From positions 79,197 to 143,196 of the forward strand of contig JAKQNP010000003.1 in the NCBI GenBank assembly GCA_029565675.1: a stretch of 64,000 bases of DNA, read 5' to 3'. The stretch's first letter is position 1; every line of letters starts with the position of its first letter. Source of the DNA: a bacterium. GTDB taxonomy: Bacteria; Zhuqueibacterota; Zhuqueibacteria; Residuimicrobiales; Oceaniaggregativiventaceae. A model generated the notes under the pieces. The model saw only the letters and a list, made by a program, of their open reading frames with translations. It was not told the origin of the DNA and made no database searches. The position numbers and the translations under genes were made by a program. This document shows positions 41,655-51,239 of the stretch, in pieces.

Positions 41655-41876
41655 TCTTTTTTGCGCAAACGAGATCTGCCATCGAGCGCTGCTGGCAATC
41701 CTTGCGATGTGAGTGTTAGCGAAATACAGAAATCACCTAGCCTGCTTTGCAGGGCTGCTGCAAACATTGGACCGTTTCCGGGGACAAAAATCACCCGTCT
41801 ATGTGCTTTGTCTTCTGCTTGTCACTGTATGCAATCGACTGAAATGCATCGGTTTGAATCGATCTTACAATTTTGC

Positions 41877-41920
41877 AACAAAAAAGAAATGGGCGATCAC
41901 CGGAATGGTGTATCGCCCAT
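41877..41920 (-). terminator. Rho-independent terminator downstream of the M2 peptidase gene
   Basis: A perfect 10-bp stem AATGGGCGAT/ATCGCCCATT (41887-41896/41911-41920). On the minus strand it is followed by UCUUUUUU (A run at 41877-41885). Confidence 0.7.
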
Positions 41921-41939
41921 TGATCCTGGTTGGGTATGA

Positions 41940-43607
41940 TCAGCGAACAAACTGTTCGACAAAATAGGCGGGGGTTAGCGGTTCACCGGTGGCGTTTTCG
42001 ATCATTTCATTCCATCGGACTTGCCGCGCCGGCTCAAAGACCTTTTTGCGCAGAAAATCGCCGACTTGCGTTTCGCCGATCAGCACAAAATCTTGCCCAT
42101 CTTTAATCTTGAGCACATCTGTTGCCAGGGTGTGATGCAGTTGTGACGCCAGCAATTCGCCGAGCAAATAGTTGTGATAATAGCAGGGCGCAATGGTAAA
42201 ATGAATCTTGGCCGCCCAATCCGGTTCCTGCCGATTTGGCGGTGGTGTGACCTGCTGATACTTGGAAACCAAATCCCACCACAACTGGTTCAGATCCTGC
42301 TCGGGATCCGCATAGAGTTGCTTTTCGAATTCGTACATCACCATGGCCCAGCGCGCGAAAATCATCTGTTTGAGCTGCATATATTTGCTGCTCACTTGCT
42401 CGATATCGGCGCGCTGTTGGTCGTCCAGATCGAGCATCTTTTGCATCCAGGCCGCATCGCGGCTGCAACGGCCAAAAAACATGGCAATCGCTTCAGTGGT
42501 GAACATGTGTGCCGGTCCGCGCAAAAGATAGGGCGTTTTGAAATCCTGATGCTTGTCATAAACCCCATGACCCAGCTCATGCAGCATGGTTTCCATCCAG
42601 CTCTCGTTGTTTTTGACGTTGCAGAGGATGCGCACATCGCCTTGTCGATCGATATGGGTGCAAAACGCATGCGGATTTTTGCCTTCGCGCTCATAGAGGT
42701 CGCTGTTGGTGAGAATTTCATCCACCGGCAGCCCGATCCCGGCGTAGAAATCCCGGGCCAGTTCGACGACATCGTGATCGGCGTAATAGCTGTCCAGATC
42801 GATCGCATACACCAGCGGTGTTTCTTGAAAAAACGGATCATGATAGTGCCAGGGCAGCAAACCATTGACGCCGATACCGTAAAGATCAGCCAAAATCGAA
42901 TCCAACTCGGTTTTCAAGCGGGTATAGGGCTCTTCGGTCAACGCGAACAATTCGGCAAAAAGGGCATCGAGTTCGTCGGCGTTCTGCTCCGTGGTCGTCA
43001 AGGCCAGGGTATGATAATTTTCAAAACCCAGACTTTGTGCAGCCTGATTGCGCAGCTTGACCAATTCGATGATCTCCTCGGCAACCACTCCACCGACCTG
43101 TTTGCTCGCCAGCCAGGCGTCCCGGCGAATCCGTGAATTGGTTTCGTTTTTGAGAATCTGCAAAATGTCGTTGCTGGTCACGGTGCGGCCATCCAGGGTG
43201 GCGCGAAAAGTGCTGAATTTTTGTTCCACTTGCGCGCCACGATCGACGATTTGCTTCAACAAAGGTGCTTCGATCTGGTTTTCGAGAAACGCATAGTAGA
43301 GCAAATCCAGCTGGCGGACCAGCTTTTTGTCTTTGATCGCGCCCGATTTGCGAAATTGGTCGATCCTGGCGAACACGGCGCTGTCCGCATAGATCTGCCG
43401 CAATTGCAGATTCAATTCGCCAAACCGCTGATAATCCTCTGCAGAGCCGGTCACCGCAGCGTTCCAATAGGTGAGATTGGTCTCTTTTTCCAGCGGTTCA
43501 ATCGCCGCAACCTGTGCCTGCAAAAATTCTTTCACTTCACGCTCCTCTTGATTGACACTGCACCCTGCGATCAGAGCAGCGAGCATCAGCAACACACTTC
43601 TTTTCAT
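41940..43607 (-). CDS. M2-family (ACE-like peptidyl-dipeptidase) zinc metallopeptidase, lipoprotein
   Basis: HELGHGVYD (HEXXH) plus TTEAIAMFFG (the EAIGD-like third ligand) arranged as in angiotensin-converting-enzyme homologs. Lipobox LAALIAGCS. Start at the ATG after an AGGAGG SD (ORF-track start 43661). Confidence 0.65.
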   Translation of the reverse strand: MKRSVLLMLAALIAGCSVNQEEREVKEFLQAQVAAIEPLEKETNLTYWNAAVTGSAEDYQRFGELNLQLRQIYADSAVFARIDQFRKSGAIKDKKLVRQLDLLYYAFLENQIEAPLLKQIVDRGAQVEQKFSTFRATLDGRTVTSNDILQILKNETNSRIRRDAWLASKQVGGVVAEEIIELVKLRNQAAQSLGFENYHTLALTTTEQNADELDALFAELFALTEEPYTRLKTELDSILADLYGIGVNGLLPWHYHDPFFQETPLVYAIDLDSYYADHDVVELARDFYAGIGLPVDEILTNSDLYEREGKNPHAFCTHIDRQGDVRILCNVKNNESWMETMLHELGHGVYDKHQDFKTPYLLRGPAHMFTTEAIAMFFGRCSRDAAWMQKMLDLDDQQRADIEQVSSKYMQLKQMIFARWAMVMYEFEKQLYADPEQDLNQLWWDLVSKYQQVTPPPNRQEPDWAAKIHFTIAPCYYHNYLLGELLASQLHHTLATDVLKIKDGQDFVLIGETQVGDFLRKKVFEPARQVRWNEMIENATGEPLTPAYFVEQFVR

Positions 43608-44219
43608 CTCGTCCTCCTGTTCGTTCTTGGCTTTGAAAAATAAAAATACAAACTCGACCATTATACTCTACCGGCAATGCGACTGCAAATCGCGAATTGC
43701 CGCTTAGTTGTCAAACCACACTGCAGGCCGGCTTGAATCCGCAACATCGCCACGCTCGGCAATCGTCCCACGTTCATCTTTTATGTCGCACCGGTGATGT
43801 GCCGTCCTAAGATGGGACGCCGAGATCCAATTTCAATAATATCTTAGGCCTGACACGACTTTCATAAGGCATCGATTGGATACAAATTCGATTGACTTTA
43901 CCCTCTGGTCAGTGCAGTAGCGTTGGATGCTTTCCTCTGTCAGGACACCACGGCTATCTTGTAAGTTAGCAATCGCAATGGAAAAACCAAAACAGATTTT
44001 TCAGCCGTTTTCGGCATCAAAATACTTGTAATAACGGACAAATGTATGTACTTTTAATTTTATTTGTCCTGATCAATCAGATCGACCACAAAGGAGGCGC
44101 TAAAAACACCGGATGGCAATCGAGTCACTGCCTGCTGATTTTTATAACCCAAAAGCTTATTGTGTCAAGTGGTTATGGCAGTTTGGCCGAGCCATTGCAA
44201 AAGAACAAGGGAAAAAGCA

Positions 44220-45590
44220 ATGAAACCCAACCTTTGGATGCTTATGACGATAGCTTCATTAACCGCTGCTCAGGCTGAACCGATCCGTGTGCCCTACACC
44301 AGCTTTTACCTGCCGAATGGCTTGCATGTGATCCTGCATGAGGAGCACACCGTCCCCATGGTCAGCGTCAACATCTGGTACCATGTGGGTTCGAGCCGTG
44401 AAAAGCCCGGACGCACGGGTTTCGCGCATCTCTTTGAACATATCATGTTCGAGGGGTCGGCGCATGTTCCGGAAGGCAAATTCGACGAATGGTTGGAGGC
44501 GGCTGGCGCCAAAAACAACGGTTCAACATCGACAGACCGCACCAACTATTGGATGGATTTGCCGAGCAATGCCCTGGATCTGGCGCTCTTTTTGGAATCC
44601 GACCGCATGGGATATTTGCTGCAAAGCTTGACGCCGGAGAGTGTCGAAGGCCAACGCCAGGTGGTGATGAACGAACGGCGGCAAAATTACGAAAATGAGC
44701 CCTATGGTCTGGCGAGCATTCTGATTGCGGAAAACCTCTATCCCCCTGATCATCCCTATCACTGGCCGACGATCGGCTCGATGGAAGACCTGCAGGCCGC
44801 GACTTTCGACGATGTGGTCGAGTTTTTCCAGAGTTACTATGGTCCGCAAAACGCCGGTCTGGCCATTGCCGGCGACATCGATTTGGAGCAGACCCGCCAG
44901 GCTGTGGAAAAATGGTTCGGAGAAATTCCGGCCGGACCGGCCGTGCCGCCGCTGGCACCACCGGCGGTCTATTTGACTGCCGAAAAACGTCTGGTTATGC
45001 AAGACAAAGTCCAACTGCCGCGCCTTTATATGACCTGGAGCACGCCGGCAGCGTTTCATCCCGGCGATGCCGAGTGCGATATTCTGGCCAGCCTGTTGGC
45101 CGGCGGCAAGAACTCGCGGCTTTACAAACGCCTGGTCTATGAACAGCAACTCGCGCAGGATGTCGCAGCCTATCAGTTCTCCAGTCGCCTGGCTTCGGAA
45201 TTTCTCATCGTCGCCACCGCACGTCAGGGCCATTCCCTGACCGAACTCGAAAAAATCATCCAGGAAGAGGTGGATAGACTGCGCACCCAGGAAGCGGACA
45301 GCCGCGAAGTGCAGCGGACAGTCAATCAGGTCGAAGCGCAATTTCTTGAAAATCTGGAAAATGTGGGCGGATTTTCTGGCAAAGCAGACTTGCTCAACCG
45401 TTATTTTTACCTGACCGGCATCCCCGACTATTTCAACGAAGACCTGCAGCGCTATCGCTCGCTCGAGACCTCTGACGTTCGCGCCGTTGCCAACCGTTAT
45501 TTGCGCGACGATGGTCGCGTGGTTCTGAGTGTCGTGCCTCTGGGACATCCGGAACTGGCGGCACAAGCCGCAAAGGAGGAGCAGCAATGA
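44220..45590 (+). CDS. M16-family (pitrilysin/insulinase) zinc peptidase, catalytic subunit
   Basis: GFAHLFEHIMFEGS = HxxEH inverted zinc-binding motif with EN...E downstream. Signal peptide MKPNLWMLMTIASLTAAQA. Confidence 0.9.
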   Translation: MKPNLWMLMTIASLTAAQAEPIRVPYTSFYLPNGLHVILHEEHTVPMVSVNIWYHVGSSREKPGRTGFAHLFEHIMFEGSAHVPEGKFDEWLEAAGAKNNGSTSTDRTNYWMDLPSNALDLALFLESDRMGYLLQSLTPESVEGQRQVVMNERRQNYENEPYGLASILIAENLYPPDHPYHWPTIGSMEDLQAATFDDVVEFFQSYYGPQNAGLAIAGDIDLEQTRQAVEKWFGEIPAGPAVPPLAPPAVYLTAEKRLVMQDKVQLPRLYMTWSTPAAFHPGDAECDILASLLAGGKNSRLYKRLVYEQQLAQDVAAYQFSSRLASEFLIVATARQGHSLTELEKIIQEEVDRLRTQEADSREVQRTVNQVEAQFLENLENVGGFSGKADLLNRYFYLTGIPDYFNEDLQRYRSLETSDVRAVANRYLRDDGRVVLSVVPLGHPELAAQAAKEEQQ

Positions 45591-47116
45591 TCCGATATCC
45601 CCATACACTTGCCCAATCCAAAGCCCTGGCGTTTTCGCCGCTGCTGGACACCAGCCTGTGGTCGGCATTGCTGTTGATCAGCCTGATCGTCCTGTTCCTG
45701 CTTTTGCTCGTCAATCAACCGGTCCACGCACAAACTCCGGATCGCAGCCAGCCTCCGCAACTCGGGCCTCCACCGGTTCTCAAATTGCCGTCGATGCAGG
45801 AATTCAAACTGAGCAATGGCCTGCAAGTGGTCATGATAGAGAAAAAAAACGTCCCGCTGGTGCAGATCAACCTGGTGATCAGATCAGGCCACATCGATGA
45901 TCCACAGGAAAAAACAGGTCGCGCAGCTTTCACTTTGGACATGCTGGATGAAGGCACAACCAGCCGAAGCGCCCTCCAACTGGCAGACGAAGTCGAATAC
46001 CTCGGTGCCAAACTGAGGTGCGCCGCCGGGAATCACCTCAGCATGGTTTCCCTGCATGTTCCTGTCGCCAGACTGGATCGCGCTTTGCAGCTGTTCAGCG
46101 ATGTGATTTTAAATCCGTCTTTTCCAACTGAAGAGATCGAGCGCCTGCGCAAAAAACGGCTGACCACCCTGCTGCAATGGTACGATCAGCCAAATCAGGT
46201 AGCTTTAATTGAATTCTATCGGTCGGTTTACAGCGCCGACCACCCCTACAGCCGCCTGGCCATCGGCAATGAAGAACAGATCGCTTCTTTGTCCAGAGAG
46301 GATTTTTTGCAGTTTCACCGCACCCATTTTCAGCCCAGCAATGCATTTCTGGTCGTCGCTGGCGACGTGACAAAAGCACAGATACAGGCCAGCCTTGAAA
46401 ACCAGTTCGCGGGCTGGAAAGCCAAAGACCGACCACAAATTCACTTGCCTGGGATCGCGCAGGTGAGCAAGACCCGCATCCATCTGATCGACAAACCTGG
46501 CGCCCCACAATCGGTGTTTCGCATCGGCCGAGTCGGGGTCGATCGCACGACAGCGGATTTCTATGCGATTCGAGTCATGAATACGGTTTTGGGAGGGGCC
46601 TTCACTTCGCGGTTGAACCAGAATTTACGCGAAAAGCACGGCTACACCTATGGGGCCTACTCTGTGTTCGATTTTCGCCCCCTGGCAGGCCCGTTTGTCG
46701 TTTCCACCGCCGTGCAAACGGAGGTCACTGCAGAGGCGCTGAAAGAAATCTTTGCAGAATTTCACCGGATTCGGCAGCCAATCGACGAAGCCGAAGTTCA
46801 GCGAGCGCGCAATTATCTCGCCTTGCAGTTGCCGCGCGATTTCCAGGCGGTCGATCAAATCGCCGATCAACTGGTCGAATGGAAGTTCTATGATCTGCCG
46901 GCGGATTACTTTAATCGAACTATCGACAACATCCTGGCGGTCGGCCAAAAAGACGTCGAGCGCGTTGCACAGCAGTTCATAGATCCCGATGCCATGCAGG
47001 TTATCATCGTCGGCGACCGGGAAAAAATTCAAGCCGAGCTCGAGGGTTTGAATCTGGGACCGGTTAAAACGTTGACCATCGATGCGGTGTTGGGCAGAAA
47101 GCCCAGGAACGACTGA
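45587..47116 (+). CDS. M16-family peptidase-like protein lacking HxxEH (non-catalytic partner subunit)
   Basis: M16 fold pattern (GRAAFTLDMLDEGTTSRS ...) without the zinc motif. 4-bp overlap with the upstream M16 gene. N-terminal TM/signal. Confidence 0.8.
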   Translation: MIRYPHTLAQSKALAFSPLLDTSLWSALLLISLIVLFLLLLVNQPVHAQTPDRSQPPQLGPPPVLKLPSMQEFKLSNGLQVVMIEKKNVPLVQINLVIRSGHIDDPQEKTGRAAFTLDMLDEGTTSRSALQLADEVEYLGAKLRCAAGNHLSMVSLHVPVARLDRALQLFSDVILNPSFPTEEIERLRKKRLTTLLQWYDQPNQVALIEFYRSVYSADHPYSRLAIGNEEQIASLSREDFLQFHRTHFQPSNAFLVVAGDVTKAQIQASLENQFAGWKAKDRPQIHLPGIAQVSKTRIHLIDKPGAPQSVFRIGRVGVDRTTADFYAIRVMNTVLGGAFTSRLNQNLREKHGYTYGAYSVFDFRPLAGPFVVSTAVQTEVTAEALKEIFAEFHRIRQPIDEAEVQRARNYLALQLPRDFQAVDQIADQLVEWKFYDLPADYFNRTIDNILAVGQKDVERVAQQFIDPDAMQVIIVGDREKIQAELEGLNLGPVKTLTIDAVLGRKPRND

Positions 47117-47281
47117 CGGCTCATGAAGCGAATATTTGTTCGCCCTCTGTCCCAACGGTATTCCTGCCTTCAGACCCGCAATAAGAAAAGGGCACTTTGG
47201 TGCGGATTTTTCTGAAAACCTGCAGGTTGCCTGGGAGGTTCTGTTAAAAGTGCTTGTTCGGCAAAAGAATGCGTTAAACCG

Positions 47282-47311
47282 AGGCTGTCGTGATTGCGAC
47301 AGCCTTTTTTA
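47282..47311 (+). terminator. Rho-independent terminator after the M16 gene pair
   Basis: A 9-bp stem AGGCTGTCG/CGACAGCCT, a 6-nt loop, then TTTTTT. Confidence 0.7.
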
Positions 47312-47635
47312 TCTGGCGCCTTGAAAGAGAACAAAAATGTTTAAACCCTAAAATTCTCTTGCAGAGTTTGAAGATTAGAGTTATTATTTATCAAATTCAT
47401 CATATCCAGTGGATGGATAATGAAGTGTTGCCACAAATCGGCTCGCCCATTGTTGATCTTTTGATCAGCGGTGGGCTGTTTTTTTTGGAATGGCTTCACG
47501 ATCTGGGTCATCCCTTCGCTCGCTATCCGCAGCAGGACAACTGTCGCCAGAAAACGCCTCAGCATCCGAAAATGCCAGTCCAGGATGGAGCACGTCAAAA
47601 AATACCTTAAAGATATATTATTAATTAGGGTCACT

Positions 47636-47656
47636 GGTGTCCCAACAAGGGACACC
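47636..47656. repeat. Perfect palindrome GGTGTCCC-AACAA-GGGACACC
   Basis: An 8-bp arms inverted repeat read directly. It shares the GTGTCCC/GGGACAC half-site with the palindrome at 47765. Confidence 0.6.
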
Positions 47657-47764
47657 GCCCAACTTAACTCTAATAATTACAGCGATAATTTAATCGGATA
47701 CCATTCAAATCGATACTAGACCAAAATCATTACAAGTTTAAGATATTGTTGAATTTGGTGAAAG

Positions 47765-47788
47765 GTGTCCCATCTGACGATGGGACAC
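47765..47788. repeat. Perfect palindrome GTGTCCCATC-TGAC-GATGGGACAC
   Basis: A 10-bp arms inverted repeat 110 bp downstream of the previous one, 40 bp upstream of the 47829 gene. It shares the GTGTCCC core. Confidence 0.6.
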
Positions 47789-47828
47789 GAGTGAATTAGG
47801 GTATAATATCTAGAAAGGAATAGAGCAT

Positions 47829-48167
47829 ATGAAATGCCCCAATTGCGGTTTAATTAATCCTGAATCTGCTCTCAGGTGTGATTGCGGATTTGATTTTCAG
47901 TCCAAAACCATGAAAGATTCCTATTTGCCCATCAAAGAGCAAGAAAAATTAATTGCGCAACAAGATTCGGGCTTTTTCGCACCAGAAAAAAAAGGAATCC
48001 AAAAAGGAATGGTAGGCGGAATGATTATGATTGTAATTGCAGTAGTTTGGTTCGTTGCCGGTTATGCTGCTGGTATCTTTTTTTATTATCCACCTATTCT
48101 GATGCTAATCGGCTTATATGCATTTTTTAAGGGATTGCTTACCGGAAATGTAAGTGGTGAAAAATAG
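47829..48167 (+). CDS. Zinc-ribbon (CPNCG...CDCG) membrane protein, 112 aa
   Basis: N-terminal CxxC-x12-CxC followed by two TM helices. AAAGGA SD. Low GC (~38%). Confidence 0.6.
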   Translation: MKCPNCGLINPESALRCDCGFDFQSKTMKDSYLPIKEQEKLIAQQDSGFFAPEKKGIQKGMVGGMIMIVIAVVWFVAGYAAGIFFYYPPILMLIGLYAFFKGLLTGNVSGEK

Positions 48168-48251
48168 ATGTAATATTACCCTCGTTTGAATTTCGTCGAA
48201 ATCTGAACAAGGTCTTACGGTGGCTGCAAAACCCTTGGAAGGAGAATTGAT

Positions 48252-48614
48252 ATGAATATGCGCATGAGAAAATTCCTCTTCTGGATACCAAGAATTCTCT
48301 GCATTCTCTTTGCCCTGTTTTTAGGCTTACTTTTCCTCGATGTGTTTGATGAAAACCTTGGTTTATTGGAGTCAGTCCTGGCCTTACTGATCCACCTGAT
48401 CCCTGCCTACATCGTGATTGCTGTGTTGCTCCTTGCATGGAAGCGGGAGTGGATCGGAGCGATCCTTTTCACCGCTTTAGAGGTGTTCTATATAGTATGG
48501 GCTTGGGGGCGATTCCATTGGAGTGCCTATGCAGCTATTTCTGGCCCTCTGGTTCTAATAGGTATTCTCTTTCTCCTTAATTGGATATACAGAGCACAAC
48601 TGCGTACTCAATAA
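48252..48614 (+). CDS. Hypothetical 4-TM membrane protein, 120 aa
   Basis: AAGGAG SD. Four hydrophobic helices. Confidence 0.6.
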   Translation: MNMRMRKFLFWIPRILCILFALFLGLLFLDVFDENLGLLESVLALLIHLIPAYIVIAVLLLAWKREWIGAILFTALEVFYIVWAWGRFHWSAYAAISGPLVLIGILFLLNWIYRAQLRTQ

Positions 48615-48710
48615 CTGCGGCCTGACACTGGCTCCAGCAGACGGTCGCTCCGCTTCCGCCGTTGCGCCATGCCGTTGGTCGAAAAATACCTAATTGAGAG
48701 GAACATACCG

Positions 48711-49412
48711 ATGAAAGGAACTACCCATCATTTTCATTTTTGTCGGCTCGGCATCATAGGTGCAGTGTTCGTGATTTTGGGAACGATTTTCCCTTTCCTA
48801 TTCGCTATATTTCTTCAGCCCAAACAACCTGCCTGGCAGGGTGCAGCGGTTTTCGTTGCACATTATTCTAAAATTCAAAGCCTTCCTTTTTATTTCGGCT
48901 TTTTCCTGCTAGGAGGCAGCCTTATCCTTCTTACTGCAATATTATTATTATCGAAAGCTAAATTTTATCCTTTATTAGGGTTGGTTTTCGGGATGGTCGG
49001 CGCAGCTGTGGTGAGCTTGAATTATATTATTCAAACAACATTTGTTCCAGCTGTAGTTGCGCATTACACAGAACAACACGCTGTGATTCTGGAAACTTTT
49101 TCAATGGTAAATCCCACCTCATTTGCCTGGGCGGCCGAAATGTGGGGATATGGATTCCTCGGACTTGCCACATGGCTTGCCGCCTCATTTTTTGGGAATA
49201 GAGGGATTGAAAAGACGGCAAAAGTCCTTTTCATATCGAATGGGGGTTTAAGTATTGCCGGAGCGCTGGTTACCGCTCTTGAGCTGGGCTGGGTTTTAAC
49301 TGTCCCTGGCTACATCAGTTTTGGTGTTTGGAATGTATTATATACTATATTAGCAGTAACCGCTATGCGAGTTTTCATACTGATCAAGGATGATAGCGCC
49401 GCAGAGTCATGA
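48711..49412 (+). CDS. Hypothetical polytopic membrane protein (~233 aa)
   Basis: GAGAGG SD before ATG at 48711 (MKGTTHHF). About 6 TM helices. Confidence 0.6.
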   Translation: MKGTTHHFHFCRLGIIGAVFVILGTIFPFLFAIFLQPKQPAWQGAAVFVAHYSKIQSLPFYFGFFLLGGSLILLTAILLLSKAKFYPLLGLVFGMVGAAVVSLNYIIQTTFVPAVVAHYTEQHAVILETFSMVNPTSFAWAAEMWGYGFLGLATWLAASFFGNRGIEKTAKVLFISNGGLSIAGALVTALELGWVLTVPGYISFGVWNVLYTILAVTAMRVFILIKDDSAAES

Positions 49413-49675
49413 ATAAACCTGCCACCCTGCTGCAACTGACTCCGACAGCAGTGTGGTTTGCTGATAATGCTCTGGACCACAACATGTCTTTGTTTCTGAA
49501 TTGCTAATTCGATGCTGTTGGCGCAGGCGCGCATGGGCATTGGACGCACCGACGCCATTGCAAATGCGGAATGGTTTGCCATCAATTTGGCCGAACCAAG
49601 AGCATTGCTCGGCGGGGCAAGGTCCTGGTTCCTGCTCCCCTATGAATTGGCTTGACCTGAAAAGGAGGTGCAACC

Positions 49676-49999
49676 ATGCCATTCAAGGCACTTTTTCTCG
49701 CTCACGCTCCCGATGCGGACAAGGAAAAACACAGGAGCATCATCGATACGGGGAAGTATCGGCTGTTCACGGTTGTGGTGCGTAATCAGACCGAGGCACT
49801 GGAGGTGTGCAGGGAGTTCGTTGATAAAGAGGGCATTGACTCAGTTTTGCTCTGTCCCGGCTTCACGAACGGAGACGTGGCGGGAATCGTGGAAGCAGTC
49901 GGTAACAGCGTCGGGGTTGGAGTGGCGCGGAGCGATGGTCCGAGCAACAAGGTTTCTTTGGCGGCGATGGAACGGGCTGGGTATTTCCGAAAGGAGTAG
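49676..49999 (+). CDS. Hypothetical soluble protein, 107 aa
   Basis: Strong AAAAGGAGGTG SD. Conserved-looking ALFLAHAPDADKEKHRSIIDTG ... CPGF ... core. Family not recognised with certainty. Confidence 0.6.
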   Translation: MPFKALFLAHAPDADKEKHRSIIDTGKYRLFTVVVRNQTEALEVCREFVDKEGIDSVLLCPGFTNGDVAGIVEAVGNSVGVGVARSDGPSNKVSLAAMERAGYFRKE

Positions 50000-50245
50000 C
50001 CAATCTCATTCTACAAGTCCGCCGATCAAGGTGGCCTGTCGGAGCAATACTGGATGATGTGACGCACTTTCAAAAGAGCCGTCTTTCGAAAAAGTTGCGA
50101 TATGGCTGCCACGCCGAACATCAAACGCATATTATTGCTGGCAAATGCATACGATTTATGTTTAGGGTGAATTTTTTCAAACAGAGGTGATTATTTGGGA
50201 CCAATTCAAGACTTGGATGCTGGGAGGTTCTCTTCCTGGCTTTAT

Positions 50246-50848
50246 TCTATGAGCGAGTCAATCATCGAAAATAAGGAAGCCTGTGTTCCCTGCGGCGAAT
50301 GCACAGCCTGTTGCAGATCATCTCTTTTTGTACATATAAGGCCAGAAGAGATCAATACTCTTGCAAGCATACCGAAAGAATTGCAATTCCCGGCACCGGG
50401 ATTGCCGAAGGGATACCTTCTACTAGGCTATGACAGCAGCGGCAATTGCCCCATGCTGATGCAAAACAAATGCTCAATCTACGAAAATAGGCCTATCACT
50501 TGTCGTACTTTTGATTGCCGAATTTTCTCTGCAACAGGAATTATGGACGCAGCTGATGACAAGGATTTGATTGGTAAAAAAGTCCAACGATGGCGATTCA
50601 GTTATGAAACAAAAACTGACATCGACATGCACTCAGCTGTTCAGTCAGCGGCCAAGTTTTTATGCGAGCATCAGGAATTGTTCCCCGCAGGATTTGTGCC
50701 GCCTAACAAGCTAAAACTGGCTGTTCTTGCCATAATAGTCTACCCTGTTTTTCTCGGATTCAGTGCTTCGCAACGAATTCCACAGATAATCAATCTGATA
50801 AAAACACACAAAGGGTGGAAAGTGCTCTTTTCGCAACCGTATAAATAA
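50246..50848 (+). CDS. YkgJ/UPF0153-like cysteine-cluster protein with a C-terminal TM helix
   Basis: CVPCGECTACC cluster plus downstream CPMLMQNKCSIYENRPITCRTFDC as in the Fe-S/Zn YkgJ family. The start is uncertain (ORF-track 50195 uses a TTG). Confidence 0.6.
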   Translation, partial: SMSESIIENKEACVPCGECTACCRSSLFVHIRPEEINTLASIPKELQFPAPGLPKGYLLLGYDSSGNCPMLMQNKCSIYENRPITCRTFDCRIFSATGIMDAADDKDLIGKKVQRWRFSYETKTDIDMHSAVQSAAKFLCEHQELFPAGFVPPNKLKLAVLAIIVYPVFLGFSASQRIPQIINLIKTHKGWKVLFSQPYK

Positions 50849-51082
50849 TAAGCGATTGATTGTTTTTTGATACGGTTAACACCGAATCTGGGTTTAGTAT
50901 GAACATGAGATAAATAAAGAAAAAACTTCAACCGAGTTGACCAGCGATCAAATTGTGCAATTGATAATCCAGGAAATCAAAATATTTACAAAATAGCTTT
51001 ACTTTTAAACGAAAATACAGTATTATAAATTAATAACCTCTCGAGTCGTGATAAAACAATACGAGTTTGTGGATATAAGATG

Positions 51083-51131
51083 AGCACAATCGCAACTTGC
51101 GCTTTTCTGCTGGTTGCGATTGTGCTTTTCT
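51083..51131 (+). promoter_or_regulatory. Perfect 14-bp stem hairpin followed by TTTCTT, a terminator/attenuator-like element 110 bp upstream of the outer-membrane protein gene
   Basis: AGCACAATCGCAAC (51083-51096) pairs with GTTGCGATTGTGCT (51113-51126) around a 16-nt loop. It overlaps a possible 47-codon ORF (MSTIATCAFLLVAIVLFLKTIG...) starting at 51080. Confidence 0.5.
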
Positions 51132-51239
51132 TAAAAACTATAGGCAGCGATAATTCCCAAGTTATTACCCGTTGCGGACGGGGAAATGGGTCATTGAATG
51201 TCGATCCGCCTCCTCAATGCTAAACTCTGGAGGTCGAAG

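Noticed and set aside
42174-43136. 320-aa + strand ORF
   Set aside because: Antisense to the M2 peptidase gene.
44523-45668. 381-aa minus-strand ORF
   Set aside because: Antisense to the M16 catalytic subunit gene, which has the HxxEH motif.
47290-47655. Overlapping 106-aa (+) and 104-aa (-) ORFs in the palindrome region
   Set aside because: Mutually overlapping, no SD, no recognisable fold. The region is better explained as non-coding with structured palindromes. A degraded gene remnant is possible.
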